Shown one piece after another: positions 9,833-18,647 of a stretch of 64,000 nt of DNA (positions are counted from its first letter, which is position 1; every line of letters begins with the position of its first letter). The notes beneath the pieces are model-generated. The model was not told the origin of the DNA. It saw only the letters and a list, made by a program, of their open reading frames with translations, and made no database searches. Where the stretch lies: the NCBI GenBank assembly GCA_963665665.1, contig OY762428.1, positions 1,728,001-1,792,000 of the forward strand, given 5' to 3'. A program made the position numbers and the translations under genes. The stretch is from Candidatus Kapaibacterium sp. GTDB lineage: Bacteria; Bacteroidota; Ignavibacteria; Kapaibacteriales; UBA2268.

Positions 9833-11224
9833 ATGAAATTCGAACATCACAGCCCTTCGTGGCTGGCTTATACACATTCCTGTGGGGCATGGATACCGGC
9901 CCGCCATATAATGCATATCGAGAAAAGCATACTGAAAGAGCTTGCCATGGGTGGGGGCAGGATAATAGTAAATATGCCGCCCCGCCACGGCAAATCGGAG
10001 TATATATCAAAATATTTTCCGGCATGGTTTCTTATCTCCAACCCCGGCAAGCGGGTTATCCTTTGCTCCTACGAGGCCTCCTTCGCGGCGGAATGGGGCA
10101 GGAAGGTCAGGGATATTATATCGGGGATGGCTGATAGCACAGGCATCGGGATAAATCCATCCAAAAAGGCAGCGGATAACTTCCTTATAAAAGATCATGG
10201 CGGTAGTATGATCTGCTCCGGCGCCGGAGGCTCGATTACCGGCAGGGGCGCCGACCTGATAATTATAGACGATCCGGTGAAAAACGATGCCGAGGCAAAC
10301 AGCCGTACAATCCGGGACAATATCTGGAACTGGTTCCGAGCTACCATCTATACACGGCTGGAACCCGGCGCCACCCTGATACTGCTGATGACCCGCTGGC
10401 ACGAGGACGACCTCTGCGGACGCCTGCATAAGTATTTCCCGGACGAGTGGAAAAGAATTTCGCTTGCCGCTTTTGCAGGGGAAAACGACCCGCCTGGCAG
10501 GAAAGCCGGCGAAGCGCTCTGGCCGGAACGCTTCCCCGCGGACAAGCTTGGGGAGATAAAAAAAGGCATAGGCTCCTTCTGGTTCAACGCCCTTTACATG
10601 CAGAAGCCCACGCCGCCGGGCGGTTCGGTATTCAGGGCGGCATACTTCCGCTACTACCATCAAAACGGGAAGATATTCGAATTGCAGAACGGCGGCAGAA
10701 TAGCGGAATACAAGCTGCGCACATTTGCCGTGGCAGACCTTGCCTCCACCATCAGCGAAAAATCCGATTTCACTGTTGTACTGGTATTTTCTGCAGCGCC
10801 GGGCAATATCGTACTTGTAAGGGACATAATCAGGGAGCGGATTGAAGGCGCGGGGCACGCCGATCTGATAAAAACAGTTTTTGCCAGGTGGCGGCCCCTG
10901 CAAATAGGCATTGAATCGGTGCAGTACCAGGCATCACTTGTTCAGGCATTATCGCGTGACGGGCTGCCAGTTCGCCCCCTGAAACCGGACAGGGACAAGC
11001 TGTCCCGTGCCCTGCCCATGGCCGCCCGCGTGGAGTCCGGCGATGTTTACTTCCCGGCGGAGGCCCCCTGGCTCGCGGATTTCGAATCCGAGCTGCGCCA
11101 GTTCCCCAACGCCGAGCACGACGACCAGGTTGACGCTTTCGCCTATATCTGGCAGATGATGCAGGGCGGCGGCGGCATTATGCCCGCCTCGGCTGGAAGG
11201 AAACGGGAGTGGCGGTTTATATAG
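9833..11224 (+). CDS. terL: Phage terminase large subunit (stand-alone)
   Basis: Walker A MPPRHGKS, Walker B IIIDDPVKN, TRWHEDDL, nuclease motifs VADLA, SDFT, IGIES and HDDQVDA. Confidence 0.9.
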   Translation: MKFEHHSPSWLAYTHSCGAWIPARHIMHIEKSILKELAMGGGRIIVNMPPRHGKSEYISKYFPAWFLISNPGKRVILCSYEASFAAEWGRKVRDIISGMADSTGIGINPSKKAADNFLIKDHGGSMICSGAGGSITGRGADLIIIDDPVKNDAEANSRTIRDNIWNWFRATIYTRLEPGATLILLMTRWHEDDLCGRLHKYFPDEWKRISLAAFAGENDPPGRKAGEALWPERFPADKLGEIKKGIGSFWFNALYMQKPTPPGGSVFRAAYFRYYHQNGKIFELQNGGRIAEYKLRTFAVADLASTISEKSDFTVVLVFSAAPGNIVLVRDIIRERIEGAGHADLIKTVFARWRPLQIGIESVQYQASLVQALSRDGLPVRPLKPDRDKLSRALPMAARVESGDVYFPAEAPWLADFESELRQFPNAEHDDQVDAFAYIWQMMQGGGGIMPASAGRKREWRFI

Positions 11225-11313
11225 CTGTTACATCCATTTATTTTTGTAAATAAATAATTTTTAAAGTTATGCGTAATTTGATAAACTGCATCGAACTGAA
11301 ATGGAATGACATT

Positions 11314-12342
11314 ATGAAAATAAAACAAATAAAACGTATATTCAGGATCGTATTTATTATTGCCGGCATAAGCTCCTTATACTTCGTACCATGGATTTTA
11401 GTGAGAGCATGGATAATGCCACTGCCTGATACGGTTCAAGAACAACTCAACGAAGGAATAAATTACGGATTTGACGGAATGATTGTTTATGTGGACGAAG
11501 CAGGAAAGCCGCCGAAGTTTTATGCCTCAGGCTGGCATAACCGAAAAAAGAGAATTCCTGCTTACCCTCAGGCATTATTCAAAATTGCGAGTATTACAAA
11601 GTTATATATCGCTGTGGCCACCACAAAATTGGTTAAAGAAGGGCGTTTGTCTTTGGATAAAACACTTGCTGAATACTTCCCGGAACTTACGAAACGAATT
11701 GAATATTCAGACAAGATAACTTTGAGAATGATGGTGCAGCATCGGAGTGGAATTCCAAATTTTGTTGACCATCCTGATTATTGGACAAAACCTCCAAAAA
11801 ACAGGCAGGAAACACTTGAATACGCCCTGGATTTGCCCGCCGACTTTGAGCCGGGTGAAGATTATGGTTATTCAAATACCAATTATATGTTGATTGAGAA
11901 CCTCATTGATAAAACTTTGGGCTATCCCCGCCAACAATATATTAAGGAGAGAATATTGATTCCACTCGGGCTGAATCACACTTTTGGTTCGCTTGGCGAA
12001 GTGAATATGGGCGATGTGATGAGTGGCTATTATGTTGGCGTTGAAACCGATTTCAAGTATGAAAATACCGGCTTAATGCTGGCTACTGCAGAAGACGTGG
12101 GCTTATTCCTGCGGGCGTTAAACGATGGTTCGGCGTTTGATGAAGGTGAGCAGGAAATTTATGCTTCAATTTACGTTTATGAACATACAGGTCTGCTTCC
12201 CGGCTACCAGAGCATTGCAAAATACTACAAAGATACGGACATGGTTGTTGTTCAATTCAATAATACAACTAATTTTGATGGATATGACTGGAATTTAGCG
12301 GAAATCATTTATAACCGGATTGTCAAAATATTAAAGAAATAA
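11314..12342 (+). CDS. Serine hydrolase, beta-lactamase/D-Ala-D-Ala carboxypeptidase family
   Basis: ASITK (SxxK), HRSG, YSNTNY, HTG; N-terminal TM segment. Confidence 0.85.
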   Translation: MKIKQIKRIFRIVFIIAGISSLYFVPWILVRAWIMPLPDTVQEQLNEGINYGFDGMIVYVDEAGKPPKFYASGWHNRKKRIPAYPQALFKIASITKLYIAVATTKLVKEGRLSLDKTLAEYFPELTKRIEYSDKITLRMMVQHRSGIPNFVDHPDYWTKPPKNRQETLEYALDLPADFEPGEDYGYSNTNYMLIENLIDKTLGYPRQQYIKERILIPLGLNHTFGSLGEVNMGDVMSGYYVGVETDFKYENTGLMLATAEDVGLFLRALNDGSAFDEGEQEIYASIYVYEHTGLLPGYQSIAKYYKDTDMVVVQFNNTTNFDGYDWNLAEIIYNRIVKILKK

Positions 12343-12481
12343 AGCACATAACATGTTGTATAAGTAATGGCAGGGAATGTGGTAAACATCAAGGTTTGCA
12401 TTCCGCTTCAACTGCGTAGCTATAGAAAAAATTATTAACATACCCCCCACCCTTATTCCAAAACCGGAGCAAAAGATTGAT

Positions 12482-12514
12482 ATGAAAAAGATAGAAGATA
12501 AAAACACAAGATAC
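12482..12514 (+). pseudogene. 5' part (11 codons) of a 62-aa hypothetical gene split by the IS3 composite insertion
   Basis: GGAG RBS upstream. MKKIEDKNTRY joins in frame, across the TAC duplication, to 31557-31712. Confidence 0.75.
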
Positions 12515-12591
12515 TGAACGGCTTCCTTTAAAAAAAACAGCGATTTAAGGTGAAATAATCTTAACTTGCAAAAAATCAAAAGGAGCATCAA

Positions 12592-12879
12592 ATGGCAAAC
12601 AAACGAAGAAATTACAGTTCAAAATTCAAAATGCAGGTAGCCCTGGAGGCAGTCCAAGAGAGAAAAACAATAACCGAGCTGGCATCGGAGTACGGGGTTC
12701 ATCCAAACCAGATAAGCATGTGGAAAAAGCATTTAAAAGAAAGTGAAAAGGAAGTATTTGAAAACAAGCGTGGGCCAGGGAAGAATAAAAAAGAAAAAGA
12801 CGAATCAGTATTATATGAAGAAATAGGCCGGCTAAAAATTGAATTAGACTGGTTAAAAAAAAAATTGGGACGTGAGTAA
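12592..12879 (+). CDS. IS3 transposase OrfA (HTH)
   Basis: FKMQVALEA...ELASEYGVHPNQISMWKK...LDWLKKK. Confidence 0.95.
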   Translation: MANKRRNYSSKFKMQVALEAVQERKTITELASEYGVHPNQISMWKKHLKESEKEVFENKRGPGKNKKEKDESVLYEEIGRLKIELDWLKKKLGRE

Positions 12880-13717
12880 AGAAGAACGCAGGAAGATGGT
12901 AGATGCTGATAATAAAGAAATTAGCATAAGCCGGCAGTGCGAGCTTTTGGGTATTAGCAGGAGCTGTTATTATTACAAACCCAAGGGTGAAAGTGAAGCA
13001 AATATTCTATATATGAAGCTGATCAAAGAACAATTCGCGATTACTCCATTTTATGGAGCCAGAAAAATGACAGCACACTTACGTTCTTTGGGATACCATG
13101 TTAACTATAAACGAATCAGGCGATTAATGAAATTATTGGGACTTCGGGCAATATATCCCCAACCGGACACGAGCAAACCGAACAAGGAGCACAAAATTTA
13201 TCCATACCTGTTGAGGGATATGAAAATAAGTCGTCCGGATCAGGTTTGGAGCCTGGATATAACATATATTCCGATGCGTAAAGGATTTATGTATCTTATA
13301 GCAATTATAGATGTTTATAGCAGGTATATCGTCGACTGGGAATTATCGAATAACCTTGAGAAGGAGTTCTGCATAGATACAATAAAAAGGTCTTTGAAAA
13401 CCAGGAAACCGGAAATAACAAACACGGATCAGGGCAGTCAGTTCACGAGCAATGATTTTGTGAAAACGATTCTGGATGCTGATGTTAAGGTAAGCATGGA
13501 CGGCAAGGGCCGCGCCTTGGACAATGTTTACATAGAACGCTTCTGGCGGAGCTTTAAATACGAAGACCTGTATCTGAAGTCTTACGAAGACGGAAAAGAG
13601 CTCTATGGCGGTATAAAGGCTTATGTCGATTGGTATAACAACACGAGGCCGCACGCAGGAATTGAATACCAGATTCCGGCTGAAAAATATATGAACGAAC
13701 AGCGGTTCGTTAATTGA
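12872..13717 (+). CDS. IS3 transposase OrfB (DDE integrase core)
   Basis: WSLDITYI, NTDQGSQF, DNVYIERFWRSFKYE. Confidence 0.95.
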   Translation: MSKEERRKMVDADNKEISISRQCELLGISRSCYYYKPKGESEANILYMKLIKEQFAITPFYGARKMTAHLRSLGYHVNYKRIRRLMKLLGLRAIYPQPDTSKPNKEHKIYPYLLRDMKISRPDQVWSLDITYIPMRKGFMYLIAIIDVYSRYIVDWELSNNLEKEFCIDTIKRSLKTRKPEITNTDQGSQFTSNDFVKTILDADVKVSMDGKGRALDNVYIERFWRSFKYEDLYLKSYEDGKELYGGIKAYVDWYNNTRPHAGIEYQIPAEKYMNEQRFVN

Positions 13718-13954
13718 AAACTTTGTTGGAAAAGTGAAAAAATGCAATCCGGTAAGCAATTGATAAAAAAAGAAATAGAAAGGAGAGTGAAAGTTATCCA
13801 CAATTTCCAGGTTGTTAACAAAAAGAAAAAAAAGTAGCAAAAAAAAGAAAAATTAATATTATTACATATTTTTTTCTTATTTTATTAGAGAAGAAGTATA
13901 GATTAATAAACACCATAAACTATACTTTTATTTGTCTAAGCAATAGGGAGCATT

Positions 13955-14821
13955 TCACTTTTCTTCTATATATTTTAATGTTTCATCAATATGTTTTTGA
14001 GGATATTTATCAATTATTTCTTGGGCTTGATTTGGTGTTAAGCAAAAATAATTAATCAATTTATTGTAATGCTCGTAATTATAATTATCACTCAATAATA
14101 ATTCAGCTTTATCTTCTTCCAGTAATATATTATTTGATTTAATATGAAATACTATCTCAACTACTTTTCTTCCCTGTTTCCTTTCAGAAAATGTAAAATT
14201 TATATCAGTTGTTTCATTTATTTCTCTCTGAGCCTGTTGTAATACTTTTATTTTGAAATTTGAATAATTAGGATATTGACCATCTTTTATCCATATTTTC
14301 TTTTTTAAATCCTCAACCGATATCCTCCTTTTAGCAATTCTTTCATACTGTTTCAGCATTTCATATAATCGTATACTGTAGGTACTTCTTAATCTCAATA
14401 CATATTTCAATGTAAATTTTGTAAATTTTTCTTTCAATTGTAAAAAATACTTTTGTACATCATTTCCCAATTCTATTACTAAATATCCTTTGTTATTAAC
14501 GTATTTACATTTATTCACCCAATGAAGTTGATAATGATTTTCCCCGTCATCATATTCTATTACTCTGGTCATTAACTGCCGTGATATAGTTCTCATTTCA
14601 CTATAATTATTTTTACTCTTAGTACCTAATATTTCATTCAAATCTTTAATATTTAAGTGGTATTCCTGAAATTTTGTATCACCTTTTTCAATTAATGATG
14701 CTACAATCAACAATAATCTTTGTTCCTGTAAAGATAACTTATAAGGCATTTCAATTAATTCATTATGCTTTATAATAGTTCGTCTATCATCAATAATTTT
14801 CATTTTAATGACTTTTTTCAT
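13955..14821 (-). CDS. Rep_3-family plasmid replication initiator, C-terminus truncated by IS copy 1
   Basis: KHNELIE...LSLQEQRLL, LKEKFT, LRSTYSIRLYEMLKQY, YSNFK.KVL..A..EINE.TDI, GRKV..I.F. The stop TGA is supplied by the IS end (13955-13957). Confidence 0.85.
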   Translation of the reverse strand: MKKVIKMKIIDDRRTIIKHNELIEMPYKLSLQEQRLLLIVASLIEKGDTKFQEYHLNIKDLNEILGTKSKNNYSEMRTISRQLMTRVIEYDDGENHYQLHWVNKCKYVNNKGYLVIELGNDVQKYFLQLKEKFTKFTLKYVLRLRSTYSIRLYEMLKQYERIAKRRISVEDLKKKIWIKDGQYPNYSNFKIKVLQQAQREINETTDINFTFSERKQGRKVVEIVFHIKSNNILLEEDKAELLLSDNYNYEHYNKLINYFCLTPNQAQEIIDKYPQKHIDETLKYIEEK

Positions 14822-14879
14822 ATTATTCATTATGTTATAAGACAATATTATCATAAAACAAATTAAATGCAACTACATT

Positions 14880-16221
14880 TTATCCACAGTTGCATTTAAT
14901 TTGCCCCAAATTGGTTGCACTTAAAAAAACTCAATCCGGTATGTATACCCCAATGTATAGGTAAAATATTTATTATAATATCTGTAACATATTATATTTT
15001 CACGTATATAACTATTGTTATTTATGAATTCCCCAACTGCAACCAATTTGGGGTGAAACCACTTGCTTTTTTCATTTTCGAGGAATATTTTGGAAAATTA
15101 CTATCATATTCCATATAAAAACGACCTATAACAGACCCAGGTCGCATTAAAATGTCTGCTATACCCCAAATCGGTTGCATTTCGCCCCAAATCGGTTGCA
15201 TTTATTTTTTTATTTCCTTGTTTTAAAAGGGTTTTCTGCATCCTAAAATATATAAAATAATTAAAAGATATAAAACAACAACAACAGAGCATCATCACCC
15301 CAAATCGGTTGCATTTAAAATATTATTCGTTGTTGTTGATTCTTTTTTTCAGAATTAAAATAAGAATAAGAATACTAACTATATAAATATCAACTACTAC
15401 ATAAGCCTGTACATAGTATTATAAACACCCGGTATGTATACCCCAATGTACAGACAGAAAGTACGACTAAGTTATTGCTAACAGCAATGATATAACTATT
15501 TCCCCCGCGCCGGTCGCAAGCTCCCGACTCCCCTCCTTTTCCTGACGGCTCCGCTAACGCTCCGGAGCAAAGTCTAACGACATATTGCCAAAAGGAGGGG
15601 AGCCGGAAGCACGTGTTTGCAAACCGCTCGCTGTCGCTCACGGGCAAGCCACGGCACCGGCGCGGGGGAACTTGTTTAACCCAGTCAGGAAAAGGATTTC
15701 CTTCCCCAATATCCAAATGCAACTAATTTGGGGTCAGGTCGAATATTTAGGCAAGCCTAAACCAAAAATTATTACATCCGAATTCTCAGGCAACAATGTG
15801 ATGAAGAAAAGAAAAACAAGAAAAAAAACGAAACCCGACCCACCAAAAAGGTCGCATTATAATCCCGTCGTTCATTATATATTCATTATTAATATTCTAT
15901 GTCTAATTGATTCAATAGTTTAATATGTTTCTATTTTCTTCCTTTCCCCAACTGCAACCAATTTGGGGTGAAACCACGGACAAAAGGATGATCTGCGACC
16001 AAAAACCAGGCAAACAGTGGCAAACAGGCAGAAAAACAGCAGGAATATTAACAAAAACTAATAAAACTACCAATTTGACCCCAAATCGGTTGCATTTCGC
16101 CCCAAATTAGTTGCATTTAACGTAAAAATCTAAAAAATGACCCCAAATCGGTTGCATTTCGCCCCAAATTAGTTGCATTTAACGCAAAAATGTAAAAAAT
16201 GACCCCAAATCGGTTGCACTT
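14880..16221. repeat. Iteron-type plasmid origin: about a dozen CCCCAAATYRGTTGCAYTT copies in both orientations plus a DnaA box
   Basis: Direct copies near 14904, 15164, 15185, 15298, 16079, 16100, 16141, 16162 and 16203. Inverted copies near 15036, 15716 and 15951. TTATCCACA at 14880-14888. Confidence 0.85.
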
Positions 16222-16248
16222 AGAGAAAAATATTACTATTTTAATATC

Positions 16249-17580
16249 GTGAGCCCGGCGAAGCCGGGTCCGGACGCCAGACATTTTAATAAAAAAAAGA
16301 AATTATTTCCCGGCAGAGCCGGGAATAAAACATTTTGTTATAAAAAAGCATCGGGAGATGAGCCTTTGAGGTGGTTTTCTCTAATAACATCGCTTATAGC
16401 GGCGGTATTTTTCTTATACATGTTCCTCCGGGGCATGGCATACTCCGAGATAGAGGAGGCAAGGGCAGAGAAAAGGGCAACCGACAGTATCCTTAACTCG
16501 GAATCAATTCCGGCGCCAGTGGAAGAGGAAAATGTCCCGGAGGGTTTCTTTCGCGTAAGGGGAGGGGCATATAATAACATAAGCATTCTGCGGGGAAAGA
16601 TTGACGGCATGCTGATCGGAAATGCCTGGACAATGACGGACAAGGAAAGGATAACGTCCTTCTGTTACTACTGCGATATCGATACGGACATAAAGCTTCT
16701 TGTAAGCTATTCGCGTTTTCAGCAGTATGAAACAAACGACGCTAAAGTAAAAAAAAGAAAAAAACCGTCTTACCCTTTGTTTACCTGGCTGGAAAAATCC
16801 GATTATTCCTATGTCGGATATAATATGAAAAAGGGCATGGCCCTTATTCTTCCTCCGCAACCGGAATTATATTATATAAGCCGCAGGGACGCTTCGGGAA
16901 GCGAGGACAACATATTAATGCCTGCCATGCGCGACGACAGGAATACGAAGATATACCGTTCCTTCGGCAGTGAGAGAATATCGTTTTTTGCCGCAGAGAA
17001 GGATTTTATGTTCCGCATTAACGAGGCTCCCTGCCGTGAGACGATGAAGTTTATGGATGAGGAAAGAAAATCGGTTTACCTGCTTCCCGGGGAAACTTAC
17101 GATACGGGGCTTTGGACAGACAGGGGGGATCAACTGATAATATTCTTTACAGGAAGCATAAAGGTAAGCTCGTTAAACTACGGGGAAAGGACATACTGGC
17201 CCTGCCATGACGCCGACAATTACCGTTGCAGTCATTATTACTGCCGGGAGGGTCAGGAAGGCTTTATAAGCCTGCACGCCCTTGATTCGTCGGCTCTCCT
17301 TTCAATAGAAATAAAGAGGGGATACGGCGAGAAACTGGACCTTGAACCAGGCAAAGCCGCTTACATGGATTTGTTCGAGGGCGACGAGTTTGTGTTTTTC
17401 TCTAAGTCAAGGTTTTATCTTAACGGCAAATTGCAGGATCCGATATACGGCCATTACAGTGACGCCCTGTGGAGCGGCAAAGGCCGCTTTACCGCCGACA
17501 GCAACTGCACGGTGGAGATAAGGGCTTCGGTCAATCCTAAAACAATATACATCAGGTCAATAAAAAGAAGGGGTTACTGA
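16249..17580 (+). CDS. Hypothetical membrane-anchored protein (start uncertain)
   Basis: 443-aa ORF with one N-terminal TM segment, abutting the next ORF. Confidence 0.6.
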   Translation: MSPAKPGPDARHFNKKKKLFPGRAGNKTFCYKKASGDEPLRWFSLITSLIAAVFFLYMFLRGMAYSEIEEARAEKRATDSILNSESIPAPVEEENVPEGFFRVRGGAYNNISILRGKIDGMLIGNAWTMTDKERITSFCYYCDIDTDIKLLVSYSRFQQYETNDAKVKKRKKPSYPLFTWLEKSDYSYVGYNMKKGMALILPPQPELYYISRRDASGSEDNILMPAMRDDRNTKIYRSFGSERISFFAAEKDFMFRINEAPCRETMKFMDEERKSVYLLPGETYDTGLWTDRGDQLIIFFTGSIKVSSLNYGERTYWPCHDADNYRCSHYYCREGQEGFISLHALDSSALLSIEIKRGYGEKLDLEPGKAAYMDLFEGDEFVFFSKSRFYLNGKLQDPIYGHYSDALWSGKGRFTADSNCTVEIRASVNPKTIYIRSIKRRGY

Positions 17581-17581
17581 T

Positions 17582-17896
17582 ATGTTTTTTACGGTATTAT
17601 TCCTTGCCCTCGGGGTATGGATTTTTGACTTAATAACGGGAACGCTGGACTATTATATATTTATAATTTACGCTTTCATGTCCGTTTACCTCGGCATTTT
17701 CTACTTTGCCCGTTATACCACGAGCCGGTCAGAAAAGGCCATATACAACAAATTCACGAATATGGTGGAGGATTTGAGCGACAGGGCTGATTACCTCGAG
17801 GCGAGGAGACAGGGCAGAAACAGGGCGAGAGCCGAGAGCATGTCCGAGATGATAGGCAGACGAAGATTATCGGAGGGAAAAAGATATGAGCGATAA
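17582..17896 (+). CDS. Small two-TM membrane protein
   Basis: Two hydrophobic helices then a charged tail; overlaps the next ORF. Confidence 0.6.
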   Translation: MFFTVLFLALGVWIFDLITGTLDYYIFIIYAFMSVYLGIFYFARYTTSRSEKAIYNKFTNMVEDLSDRADYLEARRQGRNRARAESMSEMIGRRRLSEGKRYER

Positions 17897-18644
17897 AAAG
17901 TATATAGTAAAGCTTGATCAGGGCGAGTACGATGCCTACCTGAAGATGAGGGAAAGGGGAGACATTCCCTCCGGACTGGTAAGCTCAAGGCGCGGCCCCT
18001 CCGGAGGGCAGCTTATGATAAACATGCCTCCTCCGGAGCCGTCAGGAACGATTATGGGGAACAATTACCAGGGAAAGAGGCTGGACTCCTACAACAGCCT
18101 TTTGAACAGGTACATGAACCTTATAAACGGTTTTATGAAGCTTGAGAGGCTTTATCACAAGTATGAGAATATAGAAAAATATTTCTACAGCGACGACCTT
18201 GATATAGAGATAGAAATAAAACATAAGGAAAATTATTTAAACAGCCTTACCGAATCATATAAAACAACGGTAAGCGACGAGGAGCTTAAAAGAAAAATGA
18301 ACTCCTATAAGATGGAACTGGCAGACATAAGGCTTGAGGAAAGACGCCTTAAACTACAGGCAAAGGGGGAGAAAGAGGAAATGACTGCTGCCGAGAGTTA
18401 CCGTCGCGAGCAGGAGGAAAAGCTTGAACTGGAAGCCATAAAGGCAGAGTACAGCCGCAAAAGGGAGAGGATGAAGCTTGAGGAAAGGCTGGCAAACAGG
18501 AGGGAGCTTGACGAATATTTTATGAAGATGTCGGAGAGTATTTTAAAGGGCAGGACAGCGGAGGAATTAAGCCCGAGGGAAAGAACCGATTACGAGAACC
18601 TTGAGGACGAGTATAATGCCTGCTTCGGAAGGGATTTTGAGTAG
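17886..18644 (+). CDS. Coiled-coil hypothetical protein
   Basis: E/K/R-rich helical C-terminal half; operonic with the T4CP gene. Confidence 0.65.
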   Translation: MSDKKYIVKLDQGEYDAYLKMRERGDIPSGLVSSRRGPSGGQLMINMPPPEPSGTIMGNNYQGKRLDSYNSLLNRYMNLINGFMKLERLYHKYENIEKYFYSDDLDIEIEIKHKENYLNSLTESYKTTVSDEELKRKMNSYKMELADIRLEERRLKLQAKGEKEEMTAAESYRREQEEKLELEAIKAEYSRKRERMKLEERLANRRELDEYFMKMSESILKGRTAEELSPRERTDYENLEDEYNACFGRDFE

Positions 18645-18647
18645 TTT

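Larger units (their letters stand above)
12515..13957 (+). mobile_element. IS3-family insertion sequence, copy 1 (1443 bp)
   Basis: TG...CA ends with imperfect IRs (TGAACGGCTTCCT / AGGGAGCATTTCA), orfA and orfB, three near-identical copies. Confidence 0.95.

Noticed and set aside
10007-10903. 298-aa minus-strand ORF
   Set aside because: Shadow of the GC-rich terL
13343-13840. Antisense ORFs within the IS (also in copies 2 and 3)
   Set aside because: Shadow frames of orfB
14915-16110. Short ORFs in the origin region
   Set aside because: Overlap iterons and hairpins; no coding signature
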